A model generated the notes under the pieces. It saw only the letters and a list, made by a program, of their open reading frames with translations, searched no databases and was not told the DNA's origin. Made by a program: the position numbers and the translations under genes. Shown piece after piece: positions 9,743-21,089 of a stretch of DNA of 64,000 nucleotides; the stretch's first letter is position 1, and every line of letters begins with the position of its first letter. The stretch is taken from the IMG/VR virus record IMGVR_UViG_3300028887_000113, one strand, 5' to 3'. The DNA comes from an uncultured virus (IMG/VR IMGVR_UViG_3300028887_000113) (Duplodnaviria > Heunggongvirae > Uroviricota > Caudoviricetes).

Positions 9743-12700
9743 CTAGAACGAGCAATCGTCGGAAATACACGGATCTTCCAGAAGCTCCTTGTCATAATAC
9801 TGGTTCCGATCCAAGACGTACGTAGAATCGTGTATAGCGCCTCCGGAAGTCACCAGTCGAAGAGGAACTTCAAGCTTGCTGTTGAAAACCACGCGGATGC
9901 CGTCAAAAACGACTTGAATCGGCTTGCAGCAACGGATTTGTTCCTTCATCCGGTTCAATTCCTCGTTCCCCATCAATACGCTATGGAAATTCTCGTTTTC
10001 GACAATATCCAGTACCACGTGAGGAGTCGGTACCCATGCCGACGTGGTCTTGCCTGAATTCTGGTCAATATCCATCTGGGTAGGAACATCGGACTGCCTA
10101 ATCAGCTTACCGTACGGGTCATCCGTGTTGGTCCACATGGTAACCAGTTCACCAACCAAGCCGAACGTCGCCATCAGCATGTTGATTCCCGGCTTGGTAC
10201 CGCTCAACGCATAGTACTGAGGAAGATGCGCAATTATCTCTCGGAGTGCCGCCTCGCGTTCCTTGCTGTTTCGGTAGATATTGCTTGAGCTGATGTCATC
10301 GGCGACAGCCGTGATATCATACCCCATGAACCTTGCCAGATACCCTATCAAGTCAATGTCGAGCACTTCCGGATCACGTAGATACGCAAGACGTTCGATA
10401 CGTTCTGCCAACGGATAGCCCATGTCAGGGACGCCCTTGAACTTTGGGTCCATACCGTCACGCGGTGCCACGCTGGCGTAGTCATATTTGGATGAATATT
10501 CCAGCTGGGTATTCTGAGTAGTATCCAAGTGCTCGACATACGGATGCTCGAAGTGATAGTTTCTTGCGCAAGCATAACCGATGGTATATGCCGACGAGTC
10601 TTCGACGACATCACGGTCGGTATAGGTCAAGTACTTGAACTCGACTTCGTTTTCTGGGTCGTCGCCAGCCTCAAACGCCGGATTTACCGTAGAGTCGACC
10701 GACATACGGTCAATCTTGAACGTACGTTTCGCAGCCAACGGGATCCAAGCCGTCGTCGCGGACACTTTCCACGCCCGTCGCTCATCAAGGCACTGCTGTG
10801 CCATGGTCACGACGATATCCCCTTCGACGAACTTGACCACCTCTCCGTCTAGCTTGATACGGTATTCTCCGTTAAGCCGATGGATATTCATGGACTTGAC
10901 CATGTATCCCTTAAATAAATAGCCGGTAGGCGCATTGCTAATGCTCAATTCAACTGTATAGTCGTCCACTACCTCTGTCACCACTCCGGATTTGATCAAA
11001 ATGGCATTGTCTGCGGAGACATTATATACGGTCTTTCCGTCGGGATCTACCAAGACATGGTCACCCTTGGACAAGTTGTGCTTGTACTTTGTCGTGTACC
11101 TATACGGATTCTGTGACGAATGTTCCATTATCGCATTGGATGTGGCATAGGACACCAAGTTACTCTTCTTGTCCCAGTCGTACCCTTTCAGCGTATACTT
11201 ATACCATCGACCGACATGTACGGTCATTTGCCTATTGACGATGGGAGCTACCAGTTCATCCACAGGAACATACGGATCTACATAGATACGGAACGTTCCT
11301 CCGTTCTCGATACTATGAATAGTATGCCAGCCGCATAGAGTTCCCTGGTTGACAAACTCAATGTACACACGTCCCTTACCGGCGTATATCTCGTTTGCAT
11401 TTGGAACATCCAGTTCCGGAATACGTTTCGACACAACGACTTTCACCCAAGGGTTGTCGTCTTCCTTGATAATATCCTTGATGACATATCCGTCGCTTAT
11501 TGCAAACGTCGGATTAGTCACGCTGGTCTCAAATAAATTATGTCGGCTATAGATTGCATGTGGAGTCAATATATCGGTCGGGCTGATCGGAGTCCAACTT
11601 CCAGCGTTCACAAGATACAAGTCACCGCCTACTGCAATTTCATTTTCCGATATGATTGGATATACGTCGTCACGGAATTCGTAGTTGCCCATTTCGGCAA
11701 TAGGCATCATTTCTGGTCCGACAACGACAACATCTCCGTCTTGCGGATAGTCGTCCGATTTATAATATGACCGGTCATACTGCACGGTAATATCAGACTT
11801 GTCGCTCAGTGCAATCGCATATCCCATAACGTCATCAGCCTTGGTAGTATACTGGAACGCGTCCGGTGACAATACGTTGATTTCCGCGTCATCTGCATCA
11901 AACACGGCATGCCAGGCTTCCTCTTCGACAGTGACATTTGCCGTAATTCGTGCGCCATTCGATAGCCCATGAGCACTGGACTGGATCGTTACGACCCATT
12001 CGCCAGAATTCCTTCGTTGAGCAATCGGAGCCGCATCGACATCAATCACATACCAACGTGAGCCACATCCGGACAATAGCGCATTACCCGGCAAAACATG
12101 GGCAGTCTTCCTCAAATTGACATTGACCGGGTTACGACCATTTCCTACCAGCTTGTTGTCCGAATACATTTCGATAAAGCCGGAGCGATCCCTTGACGCT
12201 ACACCAATGTTGTCATTGTAGTACATGTATTCACGCTGTTGCCATCCATACTTCAAGCGAACGTCATCCACCTTCTTGATATACAACGGCAATCTAACAA
12301 GCTTCATATTCCCACTGTAATTAATCTTGTCGTCATAATCTAATGTACTAACCGGACCGCAATACGGCATATAGGAATTCAAAATTTCCTTAAATCCGAC
12401 TGAATAGTGGACAATCTTGTCAACAACCTTACTATTAGTATCTTCAACTACCCCGGCTTCATTTACCTTTACCGTACGAGTAATATAATACACAAGTCCG
12501 TCGGTCGGGTCATACATGTAATCGCCGGTCTGATAAGATGTCTGATCCTTCTTCACGTCGGTATCCATGTACAGTAGACTATATTTCTTGGAACCGTTTA
12601 CCGTAGCAAGCATATACTGTGCAGTAAAGATATCACCGACATAGCTGTTCTGCTCGACAACGCCAATCTTAGTATTGTCGGCATCTTGCTTAATGTATCG

Positions 12701-14638
12701 GAATGCATATATCGATGCGCTATCATTCTCATCTACGGCAACTCGTCTAATCGGCACTACTCCAGTCAGCGCGACAGTCACGCCGAACGGCTTCTTGACC
12801 AAAATACGTCCAGAATTGCTACCATCGGAGAATTCACTGCGATCAACTCGGAACAACACATCCGTAGGGTCTGCACCGTTGATACTTACAGAAATGACAA
12901 TCATGTCATTGTCAATGAAATGCCTATCCTTGCCGCAGACTACGTCAAAATACACGTAGTCAGACTCCATGTCGGTCATCGAGTCTATGCCATATACCAG
13001 TCCGGCACCCAGCTTATACAGAGGAACATTATCCACGCCTAGCTGTGCTTGTACGAACTGGACATTTCCTAACGTAATCCTAAACAATCCGTCGTCGCCA
13101 TTCCTCGTCGATATAACCGTTGCCGCATATGGGGTAAGGCCATCAGCTCCCTTGAACGCAGGAGACCAAACCATGTCGCCCTCGTTAATCTTACCAGCTA
13201 GCGAGCTGTACGTTTGAATCGTATTGGACGCAACTCGTATGATTTTACCTTTATATAGGAGCTCGTTGTCGGTTACCTTGGCACGTTTCATGTAGATATT
13301 GGAATTTACACCAACCAAGTTGCCGAACAAATCCGAAACTTCAGTAGTCCATCTTAATTTTGGCAACTTGTTGTCAAAATCGATAATATATTTGCTGGAC
13401 GCAAGAGGAATCATCACTAGCGACAATTTTCCTTGCCACTCTGGATTTTCAATATGGTAATCGGTACCAGAAATATTGACCAAGTCGACATAAAGCTTGC
13501 CGTCGTCAAATCGGTCACCCTCAGAAACCGTACCGTTCATTCGGTAAATTCCCTTGGATTCCATACCATTCATGATATAAAACACGGCATTTGAATAAAT
13601 TCCAGGAAATGCATCCATAAACAAACGATATACGCCAGATTTCTTTTCAATAGAACGGATACTATATTTATCCACAGACGGGCTTAATAACGGATCAGCC
13701 ACATCCAGTATCCCATAAGTCGACAGATTGGTCAGCCTAGCTGAACTGCTATCACGGAAATAGAATAAGCCGGTCGGATATTCACCGGTCCATCCAAACC
13801 CGTTAGAATCACCAAACTTGATATAAGTACGATACGTGCCACTGTCGGGTGATACCGTACCAGTCAAGTCGTAGTAATCGACGTAAATGCTGTCATCGGT
13901 ACCATCCGCATTAACATCATAAGTAGAAAGCCCGGATGCCGATACACGTTCGACATTGGATACATGCACCTGGAAATATACTTCATAATAGGTAAGCTTC
14001 CCATGGCTTCCACCGTACCTACAGATCACCTTTCCGACATCCTGTACATTGAACTGGATTGCGGTCGCCGGATCGTTGTACGTATCTGTAAACGGGTCTT
14101 GTGAAGAAGCCAGTGGATCCTTTTTCAGTATATTGGCGTCCTTGACATAATAATATGCAACAAGCTCGCCAAGTTCCCTCTTGCGGTACTTGAGATATAC
14201 GACATCGCCGTCATCAAGCGCCTCAGCGCCGCCGATGCGAGACGATGCAGATTCCACGGTATCTACGATATCTGTAAAGTCTACATCGATTGTCTTCTGA
14301 TACTCAGCATTGGCATTTCCGATAGTGACATTGCTTTTCACGTTATTTCGCGGTGCGGACAAGTACATGACATGCTCGCCACGGTCACAAGCAAGCTGGA
14401 ACATGCTGCACAGACGGTTCATCCATTCCTGTACAACAGTACGGTCAGTACTCGTGCATACCTTGATGATTTCGAACTCCTCAGTCACCTCGACATTACG
14501 ATACGCATTGTTGATATAGTCGGACATGACTTGCAAGTACGTGACTACATCCGGCTCAGACCGCAGAAACTCAGGCAAATAGCCTACAAAGTCGGTAAAT
14601 CGATATTGGCCATTCTTGTTATATACTATCGGATTCAT
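9743..14638 (-). CDS. Baseplate wedge protein (gp7-like / P2 gpI-like ends)
   Basis: N-terminal YLPEFLR and C-terminal 'RDPEVLDIDLIGYLARFMGYD...YALSGTKPGI...KPIQV' baseplate motifs; follows gp6. Confidence 0.7.
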   Translation of the reverse strand: MNPIVYNKNGQYRFTDFVGYLPEFLRSEPDVVTYLQVMSDYINNAYRNVEVTEEFEIIKVCTSTDRTVVQEWMNRLCSMFQLACDRGEHVMYLSAPRNNVKSNVTIGNANAEYQKTIDVDFTDIVDTVESASSRIGGAEALDDGDVVYLKYRKRELGELVAYYYVKDANILKKDPLASSQDPFTDTYNDPATAIQFNVQDVGKVICRYGGSHGKLTYYEVYFQVHVSNVERVSASGLSTYDVNADGTDDSIYVDYYDLTGTVSPDSGTYRTYIKFGDSNGFGWTGEYPTGLFYFRDSSSARLTNLSTYGILDVADPLLSPSVDKYSIRSIEKKSGVYRLFMDAFPGIYSNAVFYIMNGMESKGIYRMNGTVSEGDRFDDGKLYVDLVNISGTDYHIENPEWQGKLSLVMIPLASSKYIIDFDNKLPKLRWTTEVSDLFGNLVGVNSNIYMKRAKVTDNELLYKGKIIRVASNTIQTYSSLAGKINEGDMVWSPAFKGADGLTPYAATVISTRNGDDGLFRITLGNVQFVQAQLGVDNVPLYKLGAGLVYGIDSMTDMESDYVYFDVVCGKDRHFIDNDMIVISVSINGADPTDVLFRVDRSEFSDGSNSGRILVKKPFGVTVALTGVVPIRRVAVDENDSASIYAFRYIKQDADNTKIGVVEQNSYVGDIFTAQYMLATVNGSKKYSLLYMDTDVKKDQTSYQTGDYMYDPTDGLVYYITRTVKVNEAGVVEDTNSKVVDKIVHYSVGFKEILNSYMPYCGPVSTLDYDDKINYSGNMKLVRLPLYIKKVDDVRLKYGWQQREYMYYNDNIGVASRDRSGFIEMYSDNKLVGNGRNPVNVNLRKTAHVLPGNALLSGCGSRWYVIDVDAAPIAQRRNSGEWVVTIQSSAHGLSNGARITANVTVEEEAWHAVFDADDAEINVLSPDAFQYTTKADDVMGYAIALSDKSDITVQYDRSYYKSDDYPQDGDVVVVGPEMMPIAEMGNYEFRDDVYPIISENEIAVGGDLYLVNAGSWTPISPTDILTPHAIYSRHNLFETSVTNPTFAISDGYVIKDIIKEDDNPWVKVVVSKRIPELDVPNANEIYAGKGRVYIEFVNQGTLCGWHTIHSIENGGTFRIYVDPYVPVDELVAPIVNRQMTVHVGRWYKYTLKGYDWDKKSNLVSYATSNAIMEHSSQNPYRYTTKYKHNLSKGDHVLVDPDGKTVYNVSADNAILIKSGVVTEVVDDYTVELSISNAPTGYLFKGYMVKSMNIHRLNGEYRIKLDGEVVKFVEGDIVVTMAQQCLDERRAWKVSATTAWIPLAAKRTFKIDRMSVDSTVNPAFEAGDDPENEVEFKYLTYTDRDVVEDSSAYTIGYACARNYHFEHPYVEHLDTTQNTQLEYSSKYDYASVAPRDGMDPKFKGVPDMGYPLAERIERLAYLRDPEVLDIDLIGYLARFMGYDITAVADDISSSNIYRNSKEREAALREIIAHLPQYYALSGTKPGINMLMATFGLVGELVTMWTNTDDPYGKLIRQSDVPTQMDIDQNSGKTTSAWVPTPHVVLDIVENENFHSVLMGNEELNRMKEQIRCCKPIQVVFDGIRVVFNSKLEVPLRLVTSGGAIHDSTYVLDRNQYYDKELLEDPCISDDCSF

Positions 14639-14648
14639 GAATCAACCT

Positions 14649-17252
14649 CTAGTCTGTTAGCAGCACGGAATCCAGTGACACCGTCAAGTCGATCTCGTCA
14701 GTCGGTACAACAATCTGGACAATCTCGTTATCGTTGGTGTAATTGGTAATATTGCCGTTCTCGTCAATCAAGCTCTTTGTCACGTAATATGACAACGCAT
14801 TTCGGATCAGCTTAATGTAATTCAGCCCATACTTCAAGTAAGAATATAACGTATTTCCGTTAACCTCGACCATCGACTCGATTGTATCGGTATTCTTGAA
14901 CGTAAGCGAATCCGGTCCGAGTTCCCATCCCTTGATAGCATCGATAAGCGACCTAAGACCTCTTATCTGGTCAATATCTCCTTGGTTCGTATACTGGTCA
15001 ATCTGATCCTTGATCGGAGTATAAATCTGTTGCATGACCTGTGACCAGATATACGCAACAAACTTGTCGATTTCCAGCTCGGTCACCGTCTGGATATGGT
15101 TACCAATCATCGAATTATAGTACACGTCAATCAGATTCTGGATAGTCGACTGGTCCGGAATAGTAAATGTAGACGTCATTGTCGTCTTCACGTTAGGCTC
15201 TACCACCGTATACTGCAGCGAAAAATCAAACGGTTCTACAGTAATCTGCCCTGGGGCGATGAATTCTCCGGTCACGCTGCCAAGCCACTGCAATTCCGAT
15301 ACGTCGAGCTGGTTGTACTGGTTAGCAACTGGCGAGAATGTAACGTCGACGCCCTCAACCTCAGTCAATCCGTGCACCAGCGCCTCGATTCGTGACCTGT
15401 AGATTGGGGACGCAAACTCCGTATTGTCATTTAGATACTTGTAAATGACATTTTGAACACGTTCCTTCACGTCGGTAAAGTTATTTCCACGGTACAGCGT
15501 AATGTCCAAATGGCACTGCATCTCGTGAACGCTCGGATATACGTAATTGTGGTATCCTCCACCTAGAGTTACCATTCCACGCTGGTTCAAAGCAGTCATC
15601 ACGTTGTACAGCTCGGATCCAGTCTCGACAAAGTCCATCGGAGACAACTTGGCTGAATATACTTGATAATCCAGCGGTATCTCTGACGGCATAACGGCCT
15701 TCCGTAATTCTTGCTTAATCCGACTGCTCACATCCTTGTACTGAGCAGTCGTATCATAACATACAATGTTCTTAAAAATCTTGTCAATCTCGCCGCTCAC
15801 GCGGTTAGCCAACGCCCAATGCCCACTGTCGAGACCTTGCTTGGACAATTCGCCATAGTCATATAGCCATGTATACATCAATCCGTTAATCTTGAATCCG
15901 TCAAGGAAATACTCGTTAGACGTGGTGGGATAATAGTTGTTATCCTTCTTACGGTACAAGCTCTTGAGCACACTGAATCTGACCTGGTTCATGAACTTGA
16001 CATCGATGTTTCCGTTATTCAGCTTGGTATTCAAGATATCCTCGCCAAATGCAGTAGCATACTTCACGTCAGCATAACGGCGCAAGAAAATCTTATAGCT
16101 CATACGGTTGACGAGCTTGTCCAACGAATTGAATATATACGGTGCATCCGCCTTGATAGATTCAATAGACTGGATATCAAGACCACTACGTATATCTGTC
16201 GTCAATGCGATGTTCAAGTCGTCAATAGTAATGTCACTCTCGGTTCCGTCACCCTGAGTAATCACAATCCTCGAATCACTCGTCGCCAATACGCTACCAG
16301 CAACGTCAAGCAAGTTTCCGCCCTCACCAAGCGTCGAGAAATATGTCACGTTGATCAGCCCGTACGGAATAGCAGAGTTCAAACCGTCGCCGAACTTCAG
16401 CTGGACATTACCGTCGTTAGCCGTGGTCAGTTCTACGCTATAGTTATCCGTATAGTTGTCTTGACCAGTCACAAACTTTTCAATATCGTTCAGTACATTT
16501 TCCTTTGACGGATCAATCAATCCACGGCGAGAAATACGCCAATATAGCTTGTCGTTAGATACGACGCTTGGGTCTACATTGTCCATCAACGTAGCATCGG
16601 AAGTCACCGTCGTGAACGCCGCTGCGCGGTGAGCTACATTACCGTCATCATCGAAGTTAGGGTCGTTATCGCCAAAATAATCAGAAAAATTGGGGTCGTT
16701 AATGACATGAATCTGGTTCTGCTTACCGGTAGACACAAGAGTAACCGTCTTGAACTGGCCTTCGGCAACCACCGCCTTTCCAGACACCTGTGTCATCAAT
16801 CCAGTATTCGACGGATCCGTGTTATGGTTATAATAAAATTCCATGTCGTCCATGGCTGTAAGAGTCAGTCCGCCAAGCTTGAACTCGGTTCCCTTCGGAA
16901 TACGGACCCGGATGCTGTTGTACTTGCCAGTCTTCGTGGCGGCGATACCGATGCCAGCCTTTGCAGGAACCGGACGGCGCACGCTGTAGCCAAGCATACG
17001 TGCGTTTGCGTATATGGACGGAGTCGACGTAGACGACGGTTCCATGAAGGCATTCATGAAGCCAGATTCGGCATAGTAACCCATAAGGTCACTCGTACCA
17101 GAGAACAAGTCGATCATCAGTCGCCCATAGGCGCTTTCAGAAGAGTCGGCAAGGTTGCCTCCCTTAGCCTTCATGATCGTCACGAGCTGTTCACGGATAG
17201 ACTCGAACGATATCTTTGCGTACTTGCGTTGGTCTAGTGCATTGCTTGCCAT
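14649..17252 (-). CDS. gp6: Baseplate wedge subunit gp6-like
   Basis: ISFESIREQL, SIYANARMLGY..RR, LKFGDG, QSIESIKADAP motifs. Start taken at MASN (17252), 28 nt from a late promoter. Confidence 0.85.
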   Translation of the reverse strand: MASNALDQRKYAKISFESIREQLVTIMKAKGGNLADSSESAYGRLMIDLFSGTSDLMGYYAESGFMNAFMEPSSTSTPSIYANARMLGYSVRRPVPAKAGIGIAATKTGKYNSIRVRIPKGTEFKLGGLTLTAMDDMEFYYNHNTDPSNTGLMTQVSGKAVVAEGQFKTVTLVSTGKQNQIHVINDPNFSDYFGDNDPNFDDDGNVAHRAAAFTTVTSDATLMDNVDPSVVSNDKLYWRISRRGLIDPSKENVLNDIEKFVTGQDNYTDNYSVELTTANDGNVQLKFGDGLNSAIPYGLINVTYFSTLGEGGNLLDVAGSVLATSDSRIVITQGDGTESDITIDDLNIALTTDIRSGLDIQSIESIKADAPYIFNSLDKLVNRMSYKIFLRRYADVKYATAFGEDILNTKLNNGNIDVKFMNQVRFSVLKSLYRKKDNNYYPTTSNEYFLDGFKINGLMYTWLYDYGELSKQGLDSGHWALANRVSGEIDKIFKNIVCYDTTAQYKDVSSRIKQELRKAVMPSEIPLDYQVYSAKLSPMDFVETGSELYNVMTALNQRGMVTLGGGYHNYVYPSVHEMQCHLDITLYRGNNFTDVKERVQNVIYKYLNDNTEFASPIYRSRIEALVHGLTEVEGVDVTFSPVANQYNQLDVSELQWLGSVTGEFIAPGQITVEPFDFSLQYTVVEPNVKTTMTSTFTIPDQSTIQNLIDVYYNSMIGNHIQTVTELEIDKFVAYIWSQVMQQIYTPIKDQIDQYTNQGDIDQIRGLRSLIDAIKGWELGPDSLTFKNTDTIESMVEVNGNTLYSYLKYGLNYIKLIRNALSYYVTKSLIDENGNITNYTNDNEIVQIVVPTDEIDLTVSLDSVLLTD

Positions 17253-17279
17253 AAATACCCGTTCCAATTAGTCGTATGC

Positions 17280-17318
17280 AGTTTATCAGTTTTCGGATGG
17301 TGCCCATACTGATAAACT
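17280..17318. promoter_or_regulatory. Back-to-back divergent late promoters
   Basis: AGTTTATCAGTT at 17280 (minus, gp6) and ACTGATAAACT ending at 17318 (plus, gp14). Confidence 0.7.
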
Positions 17319-17335
17319 GACAGACGAGGTTACGA

Positions 17336-18355
17336 ATGCCAAGTTTAACGCTACATCTGTCTGGAAACGTTCGTGCGGCCAACATGGTCGTCCCTAATTT
17401 CAGTGTCCTAGCATCTGTATCAAGGCCGTTGTGGAACGACCGGCTTGGCGGTTTCGTTGAACGTTCAGAGAAATCCCAAATCAACCACCCGGACTTCCAG
17501 CACGACACCCGTCTCGGCATGGGTCACTACTACCGCAACGAGAACGCATTCCGTGACCACGAACGCTACAACATCATGGCAGCCGCCCAGATCAAGCGAC
17601 AAGGAACCCAGTTCAAGTATTACACGACCACTTACGATACCAAGGCTGACCCGCTGTTCCACGAGGACAACAGCCGAAATATCGACAGAATGTTCGACGT
17701 GCGTGCGACAATCACATTCACACCGCAGAACGAACTGTATGCCCGATTCGGCATCCAGTACACGGCAAAGACCGAAGTGCTTCTTCACATGGGTCTGTTC
17801 CTCGAATGGAACTACCGTTCACTGCGTGAACATGGCGTGAAGCCTCTCTGCAGCACTGACCCCAAAGACCACAACCCTATCTGGTGGCAGCGTGGATACG
17901 AGAAATTCAACTACTACGGCTATACGGCAGCCCAGATATTCCCCAAGGCTGGTGACTTGCTGAAGGTCGAGTACGACAACAAGCTTTATTCTATCACGTC
18001 CATTACGGACGAAGTTCCGGAATACGAGTACAAGTGGAGAAAGTATTTCTGGAAACTATTCTTGGAGGTCGCTATCGACGACGGAAAGAAAGTCAGCGAG
18101 GACGTTATCAACGATCCGAACCAGGAACACTTCATCGACATGCTCCTCGGACGAAACACTCTTGGCAGTTCTACGGATCCGGACGACCCGAACGCAAAGC
18201 CAGAAGAATCCGGCTACTCGCTCAATGTCGCCAGCACCATAGACGAACTAAAGAAGGACGTGTTGTTCCGTCCTCCTGAAGTCGACAAGTGCGTCAAAGA
18301 CATTACTAACGACCCAGCAAACTACGCTTGCGGCAACTTGCTGGGACAGTGGTAA
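17336..18355 (+). CDS. gp14: Neck/head-closure protein gp14-like
   Basis: DPLFHED, LYARFGIQ and PKAGDLL motifs typical of T4 gp14 homologues. Confidence 0.7.
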   Translation: MPSLTLHLSGNVRAANMVVPNFSVLASVSRPLWNDRLGGFVERSEKSQINHPDFQHDTRLGMGHYYRNENAFRDHERYNIMAAAQIKRQGTQFKYYTTTYDTKADPLFHEDNSRNIDRMFDVRATITFTPQNELYARFGIQYTAKTEVLLHMGLFLEWNYRSLREHGVKPLCSTDPKDHNPIWWQRGYEKFNYYGYTAAQIFPKAGDLLKVEYDNKLYSITSITDEVPEYEYKWRKYFWKLFLEVAIDDGKKVSEDVINDPNQEHFIDMLLGRNTLGSSTDPDDPNAKPEESGYSLNVASTIDELKKDVLFRPPEVDKCVKDITNDPANYACGNLLGQW

Positions 18356-18361
18356 CTTTAT

Positions 18362-20143
18362 TTAAGCCAGATAATTCTTGTTAGCCATGTCGTTACGACC
18401 CTTGATGTGGTCGATTGCGGCATGCACATTTTCCGGTGTGAACGTCGATCCGGTATCGCTATAGATGGCCATGTCGGAGAAGATGTTGCGGATATCCGCA
18501 GCAGTAATCTTGGATTCGACGGCATACTCGAATTCGGCATCGAATTCCGGCTTGTCGAAATCGGTCAGATTGTCCGGATTGATTTCCTTGTCGTTGTAGC
18601 TGAACAGATAGCGCAAAGCCTTGACATCCGGATAGCCGACTTCGATCGTCTGGTCGATACGTCCACTACGGCACATGATGACCTTGTTGATCTTGTCTGG
18701 ATCGTTAATCGTGGCGATGAACACGTAGGACACCTGGTCATTCTTGGTCGACTGGTTAAGGTCATCGAAGAACTTCAAGTAGGCGCACACGGCATCGTTC
18801 TTTTCGGTAAGGTTACTGCGATCCATATCGTCAAGGATGATGATGCAGCGCTTGATAGCCTTCACGTATTTCATCATGCTGTTCATCACGTCTTCGTTCT
18901 CGATCACGTTCTTGGTAATCTTGAATGTACAAACGTCTGGGAACGCATTGGAAATCTGCTGTGCGCCAATAGTCTTACCAGTACCGGCGTAGCCAATCAA
19001 TGCATAGCTGCGAGACAGCTTCTTTTCATGCAACGTCTTGACACCATTGATAATTTCCGGAATTGCGTCGGACACGTAGTTTTCCGGAATAGCCTTCGGA
19101 CGGACAAGTTCATTCAAGTCGCCGTTATCGTCGAACGTGAACATGAACTTTTCCGTATCGATGTTGTTCACGAACAGCATGTTCATGAAGTTTTCGATAT
19201 TGGTGTTCAATGCGTTGACTTCCTTGCGGCTCAATTCAACATCGGTCATCGGAATCCAGAAATAACGCATTTCAGTACTGGGTTCGTACAGAGTGCCACC
19301 ACCGTTTTCGTCATCGTTGATCTGGTTGACCGACTGGATAAGATACAGTCTGACATTGTCAAACATCACCTCGAAAATAGCGTTGCTCGGCTTGCCGTTA
19401 ATGATTGCGTTGTCGGTGAACTCGTAGTTGAGTTCGTAGCTTTCACCGCCGTCCTCGTCACGAGTCCAGTGACGCACGACACCCTTGATATTCGTGCGCA
19501 TCATCTTGATGGTGTGCTCCATCTGGTCTTCGGAAGAGAACCACTTGGTTTCCTTACCTTCGATAGCCATGTTCACAAGCACATACACGCTAGAATTGGT
19601 CAATGACAGTGAATCGTAGTTCTGCTTGGAATACTTTAAGTTGATATCACGGTACTTCTGCATGGACAGAGGTGCACCGCCTTCAAGCTCGTTGTTCACG
19701 ATGATGTACATCGTGTCGACATAGTCCCAGTTGAACGAGATATGCGAGCAGAGGTTGTCACCGATGGAATATAGAGCCAAGCAGTTCTGCATGAATCCAG
19801 CAATCTTAGACACTTCCTTGGCACCGCTGTGGCGAGCAATCAAGTTCACCATCGTACAAGAGAGCAAGAACACCTTGGACATGTTCTGCTTCTTGTACAG
19901 ATTGATGATTTCCTTAAGACCCTCGTAACGGCTTTTGCCTACAATCGTGGACGGAATCGTGATACTCGGGATCGACTCGATAATCTCGTCGATAGTATTA
20001 GTCAGTTCCTTGAACGTATCAAGGGAATCGTCATCAGTCTTCCTTACCTTCTTTCCGAATATCCCAATGGTGCCGTTAAGGCCAAGACGCTGCATATCGG
20101 CGTCTGTTATTAAGCCAAAGTTGTTTACAATCTTATCGAACAT
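18362..20143 (-). CDS. AAA+ ATPase
   Basis: Walker A GYAGTGKT, Walker B IIILDDMD, sensor ATIN, arginine finger RSGRID. Confidence 0.85.
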   Translation of the reverse strand: MFDKIVNNFGLITDADMQRLGLNGTIGIFGKKVRKTDDDSLDTFKELTNTIDEIIESIPSITIPSTIVGKSRYEGLKEIINLYKKQNMSKVFLLSCTMVNLIARHSGAKEVSKIAGFMQNCLALYSIGDNLCSHISFNWDYVDTMYIIVNNELEGGAPLSMQKYRDINLKYSKQNYDSLSLTNSSVYVLVNMAIEGKETKWFSSEDQMEHTIKMMRTNIKGVVRHWTRDEDGGESYELNYEFTDNAIINGKPSNAIFEVMFDNVRLYLIQSVNQINDDENGGGTLYEPSTEMRYFWIPMTDVELSRKEVNALNTNIENFMNMLFVNNIDTEKFMFTFDDNGDLNELVRPKAIPENYVSDAIPEIINGVKTLHEKKLSRSYALIGYAGTGKTIGAQQISNAFPDVCTFKITKNVIENEDVMNSMMKYVKAIKRCIIILDDMDRSNLTEKNDAVCAYLKFFDDLNQSTKNDQVSYVFIATINDPDKINKVIMCRSGRIDQTIEVGYPDVKALRYLFSYNDKEINPDNLTDFDKPEFDAEFEYAVESKITAADIRNIFSDMAIYSDTGSTFTPENVHAAIDHIKGRNDMANKNYLA

Positions 20144-20265
20144 TAGTTAACCCTATCCATGTCGGTACGAATTTTCTTGATAATGTTACGGACAATCACT
20201 ACGGCGATGCCCACATATACGGCATATTGAGCCTTCATTAGAAACTTGATGAACTTTGATAACAT
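20143..20265 (-). CDS. Small single-pass membrane protein (40 aa)
   Basis: MLSKFIKFLMKAQYAVYVGIAVVIVRNIIKKIRTDMDRVN; its stop overlaps the ATPase start (TAATG). Confidence 0.55.
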   Translation of the reverse strand: MLSKFIKFLMKAQYAVYVGIAVVIVRNIIKKIRTDMDRVN

Positions 20266-20321
20266 AAAAATCCCGCCTTGATAGACGGGATTAATATAGC
20301 AAATCGTAAGTTTTTTGGCAA

Positions 20322-21074
20322 CTACGCAGTGAGGTCCGTCATCATGAACGGCTGCGCGGACTGCTCCTGGAGCAACTTGAATAGCTCGTCCCACTGCGCC
20401 TTGGCGTCGTTGTAGATGGCCTGACCGTTGACCTTGGCTCCGCCGGGGAGCGTAATGTCGTCCTTCTTCAGGATCTTTCCCAGCTGCATTTCGGCACGAG
20501 CCAACGCCATATCACGGAATAGCGGATTGGCGAACACTTCGTACTTCTTTGCCTTGACATATACTGTTGCCAGAGCTATACGGTCTGACTTCGGAGTCGG
20601 ATACACCCTGAGTATATGGTCTACTGGATGTAGCTTTATATTGTACTGCGTACCGACGATCTTCTTCACATCATTCAAATAGCGAATTGCTCCAGCATAG
20701 GTAACCAAGTCGAACTGGCCAAGACCTCCAAGACCGGCACCACCGACACCCATAAGGGATTCACCAGGCCCAACGTCCCACGCCATCATTGGCGAGAACG
20801 TGTTACCGTAGGACGGCTGCACGTCTATTACTTCCATGATATTGTCCGGCACACGGTACTGGATAATACCGGCACGGAGAGGAATCTTCATGACATCCTT
20901 GTATGACGCCTCGTCCATGTTGATACGGTAGAACCAGTCAAGAGTATCTTGAATGGCCATATGGATGTGACCTAGGCCATTTTGCTCCTCAACGACCATT
21001 TCGATCTCAGTAACCGGCCAGCCCATTAAATGGCGGATCCTTAGGGCCATATCATCGGTAGTAATAATTTCCAT
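20322..21074 (-). CDS. gp13: Neck protein gp13-like
   Basis: IRHLMGWPVTEIEM at the N-terminus and LPGGAKVNGQAIYNDA at the C-terminus; late promoter at 21098. Confidence 0.85.
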   Translation of the reverse strand: MEIITTDDMALRIRHLMGWPVTEIEMVVEEQNGLGHIHMAIQDTLDWFYRINMDEASYKDVMKIPLRAGIIQYRVPDNIMEVIDVQPSYGNTFSPMMAWDVGPGESLMGVGGAGLGGLGQFDLVTYAGAIRYLNDVKKIVGTQYNIKLHPVDHILRVYPTPKSDRIALATVYVKAKKYEVFANPLFRDMALARAEMQLGKILKKDDITLPGGAKVNGQAIYNDAKAQWDELFKLLQEQSAQPFMMTDLTA

Positions 21075-21089
21075 AGTAATATGTACTGT

